From: Candidatus Wildermuthbacteria bacterium
GTDB taxonomy: Bacteria > Patescibacteriota > Minisyncoccia > Minisyncoccales > UBA10102
DNA length: 64,000 nt
Direction: 5' to 3'
Assembly (NCBI GenBank): GCA_016186115.1
Contig: JACPMK010000002.1
Coordinates: 72,983-136,982, forward strand
This document shows, piece by piece, positions 8,686 through 17,274 of this stretch. Position 1 is the first letter of the stretch. Every line of letters starts with the position of its first letter. The translations under genes and the position numbers were made by a program. A model generated the notes under the pieces. It searched no databases. It worked only from the letters and a program-made list of their open reading frames with translations, and had not been told where the DNA came from.

Positions 8686-11600
8686 CTACGGAGTTCCGAG
8701 CGGAATAGGATTTTTTATCCAGTTGATGACGTCTCTTTGTTTTATTACTCTCACTTCGGGCTTGGTTAAGGCGTATGTGAGAAAATCTTGGAGAGCCGCT
8801 TGGCGCGCGAGCGTGGTTGCTGATCTTTCTGGCTGCCAGTCGGGTTTGCCCCATTCCTGGCTGTGCAAACAGAGATGCATTGGGGCTTTGTTTCCATTGC
8901 TATGCTGGTCAAGATTATATTTCAGCAAAGTTGCAATATCTGTGCCTTCGATGCCGGCAGCGAACCAATCTTTATCGCAATAGCCAACTTGTGCTCCTAG
9001 TCCAAGTTTTGTACGCAATTCTGCGGGTACATCCATTCGGTCTTGCGGCAATTCCCAGAATCCGGGATGCGATCCAGTGGGAGCGAGATTGCCCTGCGTG
9101 GGAAATCCGTTTTCCAGTGTGCCGGGCCAGTATTGGGTGGTGGCGTTGTCTCCATTGGAGCTGTAACCGGTTGCGGTGCTCGCGGCATAGGTGAATCCGA
9201 GTTCCTGCAAAGCAGTGTACATTTCAGAATTGTAAGCGTCTTCTGCCGCCCTGTAGCCGTAGATCTCGCTGGTGGGGATGTTCAAGCCAAGCCGGGGCAC
9301 CGTTTGCCCTCCAGGCGATTGCACAAGTACGCCATCTCCTGCAAGGGGTCTGGTGAGGTAACCTTGAGCTGGCACAATCCAGTTGTCCTTCCATCCCTGA
9401 ACCGTAGTGGGGACTCCTCCGCCGCACGCAGCATCGCTCGTAAGGCCGCAGTAGCCGTGATTGCCAATCTCATGTCCGTTGTCGTAGGCATTGCGATGGG
9501 CATCTCTCAACCCGGCGCCATAGGATTCGTGAGTTCCGATGAGATAGAAAGTTCCTTTCACTGGCGTGCCGTCATAGGTTGCTGAATTTTCTGTTCCTGC
9601 GGGATTCACCTTTCCGGCGAACAATTCATTGACAAAGAAGTTGACTCCGTCTATGCGATTGTTGTCGTCGGAGCCAAGGGTGATGAACTGGGGCGCTTGG
9701 CTGGGAGAAAGACCACCCGGTGGAGTCCTTGCGGGCGCAATAGCATCATTTGCCGTTGTTGTTACCTGAATCACATCTGCAAATTGCCAATAGGAGGTAC
9801 CTCCCAGTTCTGACGCATTGCGCGGTACTACCCGTACATAGTATGTCGAGTTTGGCGACAATCCAGGAATGCGATAGCTTGTGTGTTTGCCCGCGTTTCC
9901 ACTGCTCACAACGAGATTAGTAAATGCAGCATCAGTGGCAACATCCACCAAATAGGTGTCGACAAATGCTCCATGAAACGCAGGGTCTGTCCAAGCAATG
10001 TTGACGTAGTTTGATCCTTGTTCTGTTTCCTGAACTTTCAATGCTCGGGTGCTGAACAGGAGTTCTGGCATTCGGTTACCATTCACATCGCCAATTTTTG
10101 CTGAAAACAACCATGCGGTGCCGTATCTCGTGCCTTGATCTGTTTTGACAATAAGCGTATTCCAGCCCTGTTGCAAAGCAAGAGGAATGTCGTATGCATC
10201 AATGAGAATGGGAGATTCGGCAGCAATATCGTACGTATTATATCGAGCTGACGCTCCATCGAAAATGCTTACTCCATTCAGCCAAACCTTTCCCGCATTG
10301 CTTACTCCCCATTTGAGATGCACGGCATTGTCTGTGCTGTGATCCGCGGGAGAATAAATGTATGCTGCGGCATATCCTACTTTTTCTGGTTGTGTTGATG
10401 TCTGCCCTCCTCCATATTCATAGCCGGAGAATGGCGCTGCGCTTTGTAATTCAGCCATTCTTGTAATGCTGCTGGCAAAATTATCAGCCAATTTCCATAC
10501 CAATCCGCCCGCGATGCCGTCTTTCTGGGGAGTTACGGCATCGAGGACAGGTCCCATTTCATCCGAGCCAATATGGTTAATGTTCATTCCTCCGTCGAAG
10601 GGGCCGAGAGAAAGCCAATAGCGCGGAGCAGGAAAATCGTTTGGATGCTCATTTTTCCACAATTCTGAATTAAGAAGCATGGAGCCAAAATCAAACGACT
10701 GACAAGCGCTCATATGGTAGTGATTGCCCCATGGTTCGTTTACAATGGGCGTGCCCTTGGTGACAAAAGTGCCGTTGGGCACAAGCGCTCCCCCTCCTCT
10801 CACGTGCGTCCATACCCAGCATGCCTGATTGTTGTTATTTTCATTGCTTGTTGCTGTAAGCCGCACCATGCCTTGAGATTCGGGATCAGAGCCCACGTCA
10901 TGCCAGACATATCCGTCCATCATTGCCTTGATCTTTTTTCCGCTCCACGCTCCTACATCAAATCCTGCGTGAGCCACTGCCGTTTCTCCCCCGTTCGGCT
11001 CAATAAATGTTTGCATTTGAGCATTTTCATGAAGCGCGCCATCAAAAGGATACCGATAGTTTTCAAGATTGGGAAATACTGGATCGCTCGCATCATTTAC
11101 CGCAAAACCAACATCTTTGCCCAGAGACAGCGGGAATGGCCCCTGCCCTCCTACCTGTTCAAAGCCATACGCATTTGCTTCTTTCCATACATAGCCGTAC
11201 ACGCGAAGTCCATTGATGGATACGGGCAAGGCATTAAAGGCGACACGGAGCGTGTGCTGTTCTGTTTTGTTATTTCCGCTCACCTGCACGGTCGCTTCAA
11301 CCTTGTGTCGCGGAATAATAATGCTGTATCCAAGAAGTGTAAGCGTTCTTGTGGTCCCGTCTTTGAGGGTATAATTGTAGCTTTCGCCCACAGCCAGCTC
11401 CACCTCTGTGGGCCAATCCGGCGGCAATCCCCCGGAAGGAGGCGGCGTGGCAAGCGTGGTAAAAGTATTGGGAATACTTGGTTCTGCGGCTTGATTGTTG
11501 TTTGCATCGTTGCTGTACACCCGATAATAATATGCCGTATTTGCGGCCAATCCCGTGATCCCAACTGAATGAGAAGTGACCAAAGACGAATCCAATGTCG

Positions 11601-14109
11601 TGAAAGAACCCAATGTGTCTGCTAATCCGTATCCTACTTGCGACGTTGCCGGTTCATTGGTGGCCCAGCTAATCGTTGCGGAATTCGATGCAGGGAATGC
11701 CGCAATATTTGTGATTTGCGGAGGAATTGCATCTGGCATGGCAACACTAAACGAAATCGCGTAGTCATCGGCGTTGGCATTTCCGGATCCATCTTCGCAG
11801 CGCGCATAGAACGCGTACGCATTTCCATCAGTTAATCCCGACAAAAGCGTGGAATGATCAAATCCTCCTGTCGTAGCAAACGCAGAGGCCATCGTCGCGT
11901 ACGCTACGCCCGGTACTATGTCATACTTGCAGGTCGCATTCTCGCTTGTGCTGACACCGAGAGTGGCTTGAGTGGTGCCTGCGGGAAGAGTGCCCGCAGG
12001 TTGGCCGTTTGATCTTGCAGGAGGCATGACATCAGGCCCTGAAGTATATTCAATGTATATTTTTGCCGCCATCGCAGGATTGCTGTCGTAACTCGCCCAC
12101 GTATGGTAATTACTCGATAAAGCGCTCGAGCCATCTTCCAATAATGCAATCGAGTTAATTGCTCCATGTCTTCCTATGAGTTCTTGAATACCAGAAGAAA
12201 GATCCGGAGTTCTGATCCAGGAACCCGCATTTGCTTTTGGCCATGTCCATGGAATAGAAAAGGTGGTGCGGGTATTCCATCTGGTTGCAGGGGTTGAAGA
12301 CGAAGAAAATGATGCAGAGTTTGCGCTATTCTCGAAGGCAAGAGTGGTTGGGATGATATATCCCCAGCCCGATTGATTCAGTTCCGCATAGGCATTGGTG
12401 ATGGTGGCATCTGCCGGGATATTCAATCCTGTCCAGCGCCAGCCGCCCCAGACCGCACGGCCCGAAACATTGCCGGCATACACCACCGTATCAGTGTGGT
12501 TGTAATTGGGCCAGCCCGTAGGAACATCGTATGCGTCATCGGCAGAGAAAGATACTTGAGCATTACGTATCATAGGGCCCGGCGGATTCACGCTGAAAGC
12601 AATGGAATAATCATCGGTGTTCGCATTTTCCAAAATATCTTGGCAACGCACATACAAGACATATTCTGTGCCGTCCGTAAGGCCGTTTACCGTGCTCGAG
12701 TGAGGCATTCCGCCGGTCGCCGCAAAAGTATTGGGCATGAGATTGTAAGAAGTGCCGGCGATTGTATCGTATTTACAGACAGCATTTTCATCTGTATTCA
12801 CAGATACTATTGTTTGAGTTGTCCCGGCAGGGAGAGCGCCCGTTGGCTGACCATTCGATCGCACCGGAGGAATTGTATCGGGAAGAACGGTAAATGAAAT
12901 GAAGTAATCGTCGGGGTTTTCATTTGCCGCAGCATCTTGGCAACGCACGTAGTAGGCGTAGGAAGTGTTATTGGTAAGGCCGTTGATGGTTGAGGCATGA
13001 GATGTGCCGCCAGTTATTGCAAAGGTATTGGGCATCAATCCATAACTTGTTTCTGCTACCGTGTCATACTTGCAGGTTGCTGTTTCGTCGGTAGTAATGC
13101 TCAAATTGGCTTGAGTTGTTCCCGACGGGAGATTGCCGGTTGGCTGACCATTCGATCGCACCGGCGGAGTAAGATCTGGCATGGCGACGCTAAAGGAAAT
13201 TGCGTAATCTTCGGGATTCGCATTGCCCGCGGCATCCTGACATCGCGCATAGTAGGTGTAGTTTGTTCCATTCGTTAGCCCTGTGATATCTGTTGAATGT
13301 GCGAGTCCTCCTGTTACAGAAAAAAGCTCTGTCATTACACCGTAATCTAGTCCGGCAACTGTGCTATATTTGCAGGTCGCATTCTCATTGGTATTCAAAC
13401 TCAAAGTAGTTTGTGTTGTGCCTACGGGAAGAACTCCTGTGGGTTGGCCATTTGAACGTGTCGGAGGTGCGGTATCGAGACCCGAAGTATACTCGATGTG
13501 AAGTTTGGGTGCTAGACTTGGATTGCTGTTGTAGCTTGCCCATGAATGATAATTGCCCGAAGGAACTCCTGTTCCATCTTCGAGAAGAACAAGCGACGCG
13601 AGAGCTCCGTGCGTATTCACAAGTTCTTGAATCCCTTGCGAAAGATCGGAGGTTCTGATCCATGCTCCCGGAGCTTGCTTCGGCCAATTCCACGTGGTTT
13701 GAAATAGAGTTTTATTTTGCCAGCGATTATTTGGCGTGGAGGTAGAAGAAAATGTTGCAGGGTTTGGAGAGTTTTCAAAAGCAAGAGTCGTGACAGTGTT
13801 ATAACCCCAGCCCGACTGATTCAGTTCCACGTAGGCATTGGTAATAGTGGAGCCGGCAGGAATGTTGAGATTAGTCCAGCGCCAGCCGCCCCAAATCACT
13901 CTTCCAGAAATATTCCCGGCATATACAGCCGTATCTGTATGGCTATATCCTGGCCAGCCCGCAGGAACATGGTAGGCGTCATCAGTGGAGCTATTGACTT
14001 GAACATCGACAATGGTGGGAGTTTCGGCTTGAAACGATGAGGGGAAAAACATGCCAAATAAAAAAAGTACAGAAAGAGCAAAAACCGTACCTGTCGGCAT
14101 TTTCTTCAT
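8686..14109 (-). CDS. Secreted 1807-aa multidomain protein. Order: signal peptide, 2x ~180-aa module A, 4x ~96-aa Ig/FN3-like module B, FN3, M23-like peptidase, beta-sandwich region, FN3, CE4-like deacetylase
   Basis: The signal peptide is MKKMPTGTVFALSVLFLFGMFFPSSFQA. The M23-like motifs are HAGFD, WVWTHV and GNHYHM (aa ~1040-1135, nt ~10705-10992). The CE4-like motifs are LGSDDNN and GHEIGNHGY (aa ~1470-1800, nt ~8710-9702). FN3-like segments lie at aa 795-886 and 1356-1452. Confidence 0.9.
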   Translation of the reverse strand: MKKMPTGTVFALSVLFLFGMFFPSSFQAETPTIVDVQVNSSTDDAYHVPAGWPGYSHTDTAVYAGNISGRVIWGGWRWTNLNIPAGSTITNAYVELNQSGWGYNTVTTLAFENSPNPATFSSTSTPNNRWQNKTLFQTTWNWPKQAPGAWIRTSDLSQGIQELVNTHGALASLVLLEDGTGVPSGNYHSWASYNSNPSLAPKLHIEYTSGLDTAPPTRSNGQPTGVLPVGTTQTTLSLNTNENATCKYSTVAGLDYGVMTELFSVTGGLAHSTDITGLTNGTNYTYYARCQDAAGNANPEDYAISFSVAMPDLTPPVRSNGQPTGNLPSGTTQANLSITTDETATCKYDTVAETSYGLMPNTFAITGGTSHASTINGLTNNTSYAYYVRCQDAAANENPDDYFISFTVLPDTIPPVRSNGQPTGALPAGTTQTIVSVNTDENAVCKYDTIAGTSYNLMPNTFAATGGMPHSSTVNGLTDGTEYVLYVRCQDILENANTDDYSIAFSVNPPGPMIRNAQVSFSADDAYDVPTGWPNYNHTDTVVYAGNVSGRAVWGGWRWTGLNIPADATITNAYAELNQSGWGYIIPTTLAFENSANSASFSSSSTPATRWNTRTTFSIPWTWPKANAGSWIRTPDLSSGIQELIGRHGAINSIALLEDGSSALSSNYHTWASYDSNPAMAAKIYIEYTSGPDVMPPARSNGQPAGTLPAGTTQATLGVSTSENATCKYDIVPGVAYATMASAFATTGGFDHSTLLSGLTDGNAYAFYARCEDGSGNANADDYAISFSVAMPDAIPPQITNIAAFPASNSATISWATNEPATSQVGYGLADTLGSFTTLDSSLVTSHSVGITGLAANTAYYYRVYSNDANNNQAAEPSIPNTFTTLATPPPSGGLPPDWPTEVELAVGESYNYTLKDGTTRTLTLLGYSIIIPRHKVEATVQVSGNNKTEQHTLRVAFNALPVSINGLRVYGYVWKEANAYGFEQVGGQGPFPLSLGKDVGFAVNDASDPVFPNLENYRYPFDGALHENAQMQTFIEPNGGETAVAHAGFDVGAWSGKKIKAMMDGYVWHDVGSDPESQGMVRLTATSNENNNNQACWVWTHVRGGGALVPNGTFVTKGTPIVNEPWGNHYHMSACQSFDFGSMLLNSELWKNEHPNDFPAPRYWLSLGPFDGGMNINHIGSDEMGPVLDAVTPQKDGIAGGLVWKLADNFASSITRMAELQSAAPFSGYEYGGGQTSTQPEKVGYAAAYIYSPADHSTDNAVHLKWGVSNAGKVWLNGVSIFDGASARYNTYDIAAESPILIDAYDIPLALQQGWNTLIVKTDQGTRYGTAWLFSAKIGDVNGNRMPELLFSTRALKVQETEQGSNYVNIAWTDPAFHGAFVDTYLVDVATDAAFTNLVVSSGNAGKHTSYRIPGLSPNSTYYVRVVPRNASELGGTSYWQFADVIQVTTTANDAIAPARTPPGGLSPSQAPQFITLGSDDNNRIDGVNFFVNELFAGKVNPAGTENSATYDGTPVKGTFYLIGTHESYGAGLRDAHRNAYDNGHEIGNHGYCGLTSDAACGGGVPTTVQGWKDNWIVPAQGYLTRPLAGDGVLVQSPGGQTVPRLGLNIPTSEIYGYRAAEDAYNSEMYTALQELGFTYAASTATGYSSNGDNATTQYWPGTLENGFPTQGNLAPTGSHPGFWELPQDRMDVPAELRTKLGLGAQVGYCDKDWFAAGIEGTDIATLLKYNLDQHSNGNKAPMHLCLHSQEWGKPDWQPERSATTLARQAALQDFLTYALTKPEVRVIKQRDVINWIKNPIPLGTP
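11743..14013 (-). repeat. Intragenic module duplications in the giant gene (A1-B1-B2-B3-A2-B4)
   Basis: A1 is aa 33-210 (nt 13480-14013) and A2 is aa 514-691 (nt 12037-12570). They align without net indels at an offset of 481 aa and are about two-thirds identical by eye. B1-B4 share the pattern PPxRSNGQPxGxLPxGTTQ...ATCKY...TGG..HS...GLT.G..Y.YY.RC.D..GN.N..DY.ISFSV. Their coordinates are nt 13186-13473, 12886-13173, 12589-12876 and 11743-12030. Confidence 0.85.
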
Positions 14110-14142
14110 GATAATCGTTTTTTAATTTTTATATCTCCATTC

Positions 14143-14172
14143 TTAATACCTCGACCGTATGGGCCCTGTCAA
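14143..14172 (-). promoter_or_regulatory. Candidate sigma70-type promoter of the giant gene
   Basis: Minus sense reads TTGACA-N18-TATTAA, 33 nt upstream of the ATG at 14109. Confidence 0.4.
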
Positions 14173-14180
14173 GCTTTCAG

Positions 14181-14227
14181 AGCAGGAAGCAAAGAAGGAA
14201 GTTTGACTTCCTTCTTTGCTTCCTGCT
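14181..14227 (-). terminator. Perfect 22-bp inverted repeat closing the metal operon
   Basis: The arms AGCAGGAAGCAAAGAAGGAAGT / ACTTCCTTCTTTGCTTCCTGCT enclose a 3-nt loop. No U-tract follows on the minus sense. Confidence 0.55.
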
Positions 14228-14244
14228 TAAGGAGACGCTATTTT

Positions 14245-14412
14245 TTATTTTTTCGTAATTTGTTTCACAAGCCAAACAATTACAAGAATGCCAACGATCA
14301 GCCATACAAGATAGAACAATCCCCATAACCCCCACCATCCGCCATTTCCCATCATCCCGCCCCATCCGTCCCAGCCCATCATATTCCAATTTTGATTAGC
14401 AAATGTATTCAT
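14245..14412 (-). CDS. Small Gly/Trp/Met-rich membrane protein (55 aa)
   Basis: Own translation: MNTFANQNWNMMGWDGWGGMMGNGGWWGLWGLFYLVWLIVGILVIVWLVKQITKK. The ATG lies 16 nt after the ATPase stop. It replaces the ORF-track call 14177..14389, which is in another frame. Confidence 0.55.
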   Translation of the reverse strand: MNTFANQNWNMMGWDGWGGMMGNGGWWGLWGLFYLVWLIVGILVIVWLVKQITKK

Positions 14413-14428
14413 AGTTTGTATGTATAAT

Positions 14429-16564
14429 TTATAACCTTTTTCTTTTTAATAATACCGCGTTTGCAGCCACAATCACAGTGCTTAAGGACATAAAAACTGC
14501 TGCAAGCGCTGGTTCAAGAAGAATTCCCCGAAAGGCCAGCGCGCCTGCCGCTAAAGGAAGCGCAATCACATTATACCCGGTTGCCCAGAAAAGATTTTGC
14601 ATCATTTTACTATAGGTAAGCCGCGAGAGGCGAATAATTTTGGGGATGTCGCGGGGATCATTTCGTACCAAAATAATGCCGGCTGATTCAATGGCCACGT
14701 TCGTGCCCGCGCCAATCGCTATTCCAAGATCTGCCTGGGTTAGTGCTGGCGCATCGTTTACTCCGTCCCCAACCATAGCTACTCGCAAGCCGCGCTGTTG
14801 CAGTATTTTTACTTTGTCTGCTTTTTGCTCGGGTAAAACCCTTGCAAAGTATTCGTCAACTTGAAGTTCCTGTGCAACCCATTTTGCAACATCGTCCGAA
14901 TCGCCAGTGATCATGGCGATTCTTACGCCCTGTTCTTTGAGCATCTGGATTGTTTCTTTCGATTCTTCGCGGATTATATCTGCCAGTGCGATTGCTCCTA
15001 CCAGTTGTTTTTGTTTTGCCACATACACAACTGTTTTTCCCTGTGAGGCCAACGCTGCACTGCGAGAGCTGATTCGTTCTTCAATTGGTGCGCCAATTTC
15101 GTAGAGAAGCGTTTCATTCCCAACCACTACTTCTTGTCCGTCGATTTGTGCTCTTGCGCCTTTTCCCGCTATTCGCTGGAAATTTTTTGTCTCACGAATT
15201 TGTATATCTTTTTCTTTTGCGTCTTTGACAATCGCCTTGGCAATGGCGTGTTCAGAATATTGATTCACAGACGCGGCAAGTCGCAATACTTCAAGCTCGT
15301 TGAAGCCGGAAGCGGCAAGAATGGCATCGACTCCGAATTCTCCTTTGGTGAGCGTCCCTGTTTTATCAAATAAAACTACATTAATGTTGCGCGCAGCTTC
15401 CAAGGCAAGGCGTTGCTTGACCAAGAATCCATTGCTTGCAGCCATGTTGGTGGAAATGGAAGCCACCAAAGGCACTGCCAGCCCCAAAGCATGGGGGCAG
15501 GCAATGACAAGCACTGCAACCAGCCTGGCCACTGCAAAAGCAACTTCCTTTCCGGCAAAAAGCCATGCCAGCAATGTAATTGTTCCAGCAACAACGGCAA
15601 CAATGGTGAGATAAAGCGCGGCCTTGTCCGATAGTATTTGTAGCCGAGATTTTGATGCTTGGGCTTGCGCAACAAGACGCATGACCCCTGCGAGAAAAGT
15701 ATGCTCCCCTATTTTCGTTACTTCAACTTGTAAAGCTCCATCCCCATTGATTGTTCCTGCGATTACTTCATCTCCAATTTTTTTTGTTACGAGCTTGGAT
15801 TCGCCCGTAACAATAGATTCATTTACTTCAGATTGTCCTTCGAGAATTTTTCCATCCGCTGGTATTTTCGCTCCCGGTTTTACCAAAACCACATCCTTTT
15901 CTTTCAGTTCTTCCAACGGAACAATTTCTGTTTTTCCTTCGCGGATGACCTCGGCTTTATCTGGCAACAGCTTTGCTAATTCCTTGAGAGCTCCCCTAGC
16001 TCCCTGCACCGCTTTCATTTCCAGCCAATGCCCCAGCAGCATGATGGTGATTAACGTGGCAAGTTCCCAAAAAAGCGGTTTTTCCGCAGCAAATGTTGCA
16101 TACACGCTCCATACATAAGCAGCAGTGATCGCCAATCCGATAAGCGTCATCATTCCGGGCAGGCGGCCTCGCAGTTCTCTCCACGCGCCCATCAAAAATA
16201 CCCATCCTCCGTAGAAAAATATCATAGAGCCAAGAATGAGGGCGAGATATCCAGACCACGGAAATTGAGGCAACTCTTTATTGAGAAATATTTTGGGCAA
16301 TTCCGAATAGAGAATAACGGGAATGGCCAAAATAAAGCTCACCCAAAATTTCCGAAGAAACATTTGGGTGCTGTGCCCGGCATGTTTATCCTCCGAAGCC
16401 CGAGCCCCTCGACTGTGCTCGGAGTCGAGGGCGAAGGCGGATTTGCCCGCTTTCTGTTTTGCGGGCACAAGGTTCATTCCGCATTCGGGGCACATGCCGG
16501 GGCTATCCTGCTGAATTTCAGGATGCATGGGGCAGGTATAGAGTTGTGCGCGTTTTTGATCCAT
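14429..16564 (-). CDS. copB: Heavy-metal P1B-type ATPase, CPH (CopB-like, P1B-3) subtype
   Basis: It has an N-terminal YTCPMHPEIQQDSPGMCPECGM metal-binding module and a His-containing linker. Other motifs are TGES, ACPHALGLAVP (CPH), DKTGTLT, GDGVNDAP, YN and MSLST. Confidence 0.9.
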   Translation of the reverse strand: MDQKRAQLYTCPMHPEIQQDSPGMCPECGMNLVPAKQKAGKSAFALDSEHSRGARASEDKHAGHSTQMFLRKFWVSFILAIPVILYSELPKIFLNKELPQFPWSGYLALILGSMIFFYGGWVFLMGAWRELRGRLPGMMTLIGLAITAAYVWSVYATFAAEKPLFWELATLITIMLLGHWLEMKAVQGARGALKELAKLLPDKAEVIREGKTEIVPLEELKEKDVVLVKPGAKIPADGKILEGQSEVNESIVTGESKLVTKKIGDEVIAGTINGDGALQVEVTKIGEHTFLAGVMRLVAQAQASKSRLQILSDKAALYLTIVAVVAGTITLLAWLFAGKEVAFAVARLVAVLVIACPHALGLAVPLVASISTNMAASNGFLVKQRLALEAARNINVVLFDKTGTLTKGEFGVDAILAASGFNELEVLRLAASVNQYSEHAIAKAIVKDAKEKDIQIRETKNFQRIAGKGARAQIDGQEVVVGNETLLYEIGAPIEERISSRSAALASQGKTVVYVAKQKQLVGAIALADIIREESKETIQMLKEQGVRIAMITGDSDDVAKWVAQELQVDEYFARVLPEQKADKVKILQQRGLRVAMVGDGVNDAPALTQADLGIAIGAGTNVAIESAGIILVRNDPRDIPKIIRLSRLTYSKMMQNLFWATGYNVIALPLAAGALAFRGILLEPALAAVFMSLSTVIVAANAVLLKRKRL

Positions 16565-16576
16565 AAGAAAATGATT

Positions 16577-16864
16577 TTATGCCTTTGGGTTTGGTACCTG
16601 CTGCACGAACTTGTTATGCAGAAATGCAAAAAGCCAAGCCACAACAAAGGTATAGAGCGCAACTTGAAGAAGTCCTATCAAAAGTCCAAGAGGAGTGATT
16701 GTTACATCGCCAGCGAATTTGTCTACATTCACGATGTGGGTCAGCCAACCAAGAAGTCGCAAGGCAAAATCAGGCGCGATTAAAACGAGGATTGCGCACA
16801 CAATGTAAATGACGCCCAATGTTCCTGCTGCGGCCAAAGCGAATTTTGTTTTATCTAATTGCAT
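16577..16864 (-). CDS. Small two-TM membrane protein (DUF5676-like)
   Basis: MQLDKTKFALAAAGTLGVIYIVCAILVLIAP... I prefer the start at ATG 16864 over the ORF-track start 16897, but the start is uncertain. The family assignment is from memory. Confidence 0.55.
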   Translation of the reverse strand: MQLDKTKFALAAAGTLGVIYIVCAILVLIAPDFALRLLGWLTHIVNVDKFAGDVTITPLGLLIGLLQVALYTFVVAWLFAFLHNKFVQQVPNPKA

Positions 16865-17001
16865 AAAATAGGTTGCGGAACGTCTTTCTCGGCACATACT
16901 TTGTAATTACTTCCTCTGCTTTTCGGTCTTTGTGTGAGATACTAAATATGTCCTCGATGACGTTTCGCAATTTTTACATACTTGTAAGAGTACGCGACCT
17001 T

Positions 17002-17268
17002 TTATTTGTTAGACAGGCGGTAAATCTCAAGAAGCTCTTTGACCGATTTTGCTTTTTCACCTTTTCGCATTTGTTCTGCCACGTGCGTGTCGAGGTGATG
17101 CTGGAGAATAACTCGTTCAAAACTTGAAAGTGCCTCTTTCACCGCGAGAGATTGACGGAGAATATCAATGCAGTATTGATCTTGGCGCACCATGCGTTCT
17201 AATCCTTCGATTTGCCCCTTGGCAATGCGCAGGCGTCGTACCGCCTGTTGTTTTCCGTTTCGTTTCAT
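17002..17268 (-). CDS. CsoR/RcnR/FrmR-family metal-sensing repressor
   Basis: RLRIAKGQIEGLERMVRQDQYCIDILRQ...LQHHLDTHV. The candidate ligand positions are C33, H58 and H62. Confidence 0.9.
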   Translation of the reverse strand: MKRNGKQQAVRRLRIAKGQIEGLERMVRQDQYCIDILRQSLAVKEALSSFERVILQHHLDTHVAEQMRKGEKAKSVKELLEIYRLSNK

Positions 17269-17274
17269 TACCCC

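Noticed and set aside
10714-11568. A long + strand ORF (284 aa), with others at 9043..9585, 12373..12897 and 12997..13278, lies antisense to the giant gene.
   Set aside because: These are shadow ORFs of a GC-richer coding region. Their translations are low-complexity or Arg/Cys-rich with no motifs, and they lie fully inside a well-supported 1807-aa gene on the other strand.
11743-14013. I considered the repeated modules of the giant gene as template/variable repeats of a diversity-generating retroelement.
   Set aside because: No reverse-transcriptase ORF occurs in the window. The copies differ at all kinds of positions, not only adenine-specific ones, and are protein-domain sized. This is ordinary domain duplication.
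14177-14389. ORF-track 70-aa ORF on the minus strand.
   Set aside because: It is an alternative frame of the better-supported 55-aa membrane peptide (14245..14412), and it extends through the 22-bp terminator hairpin.
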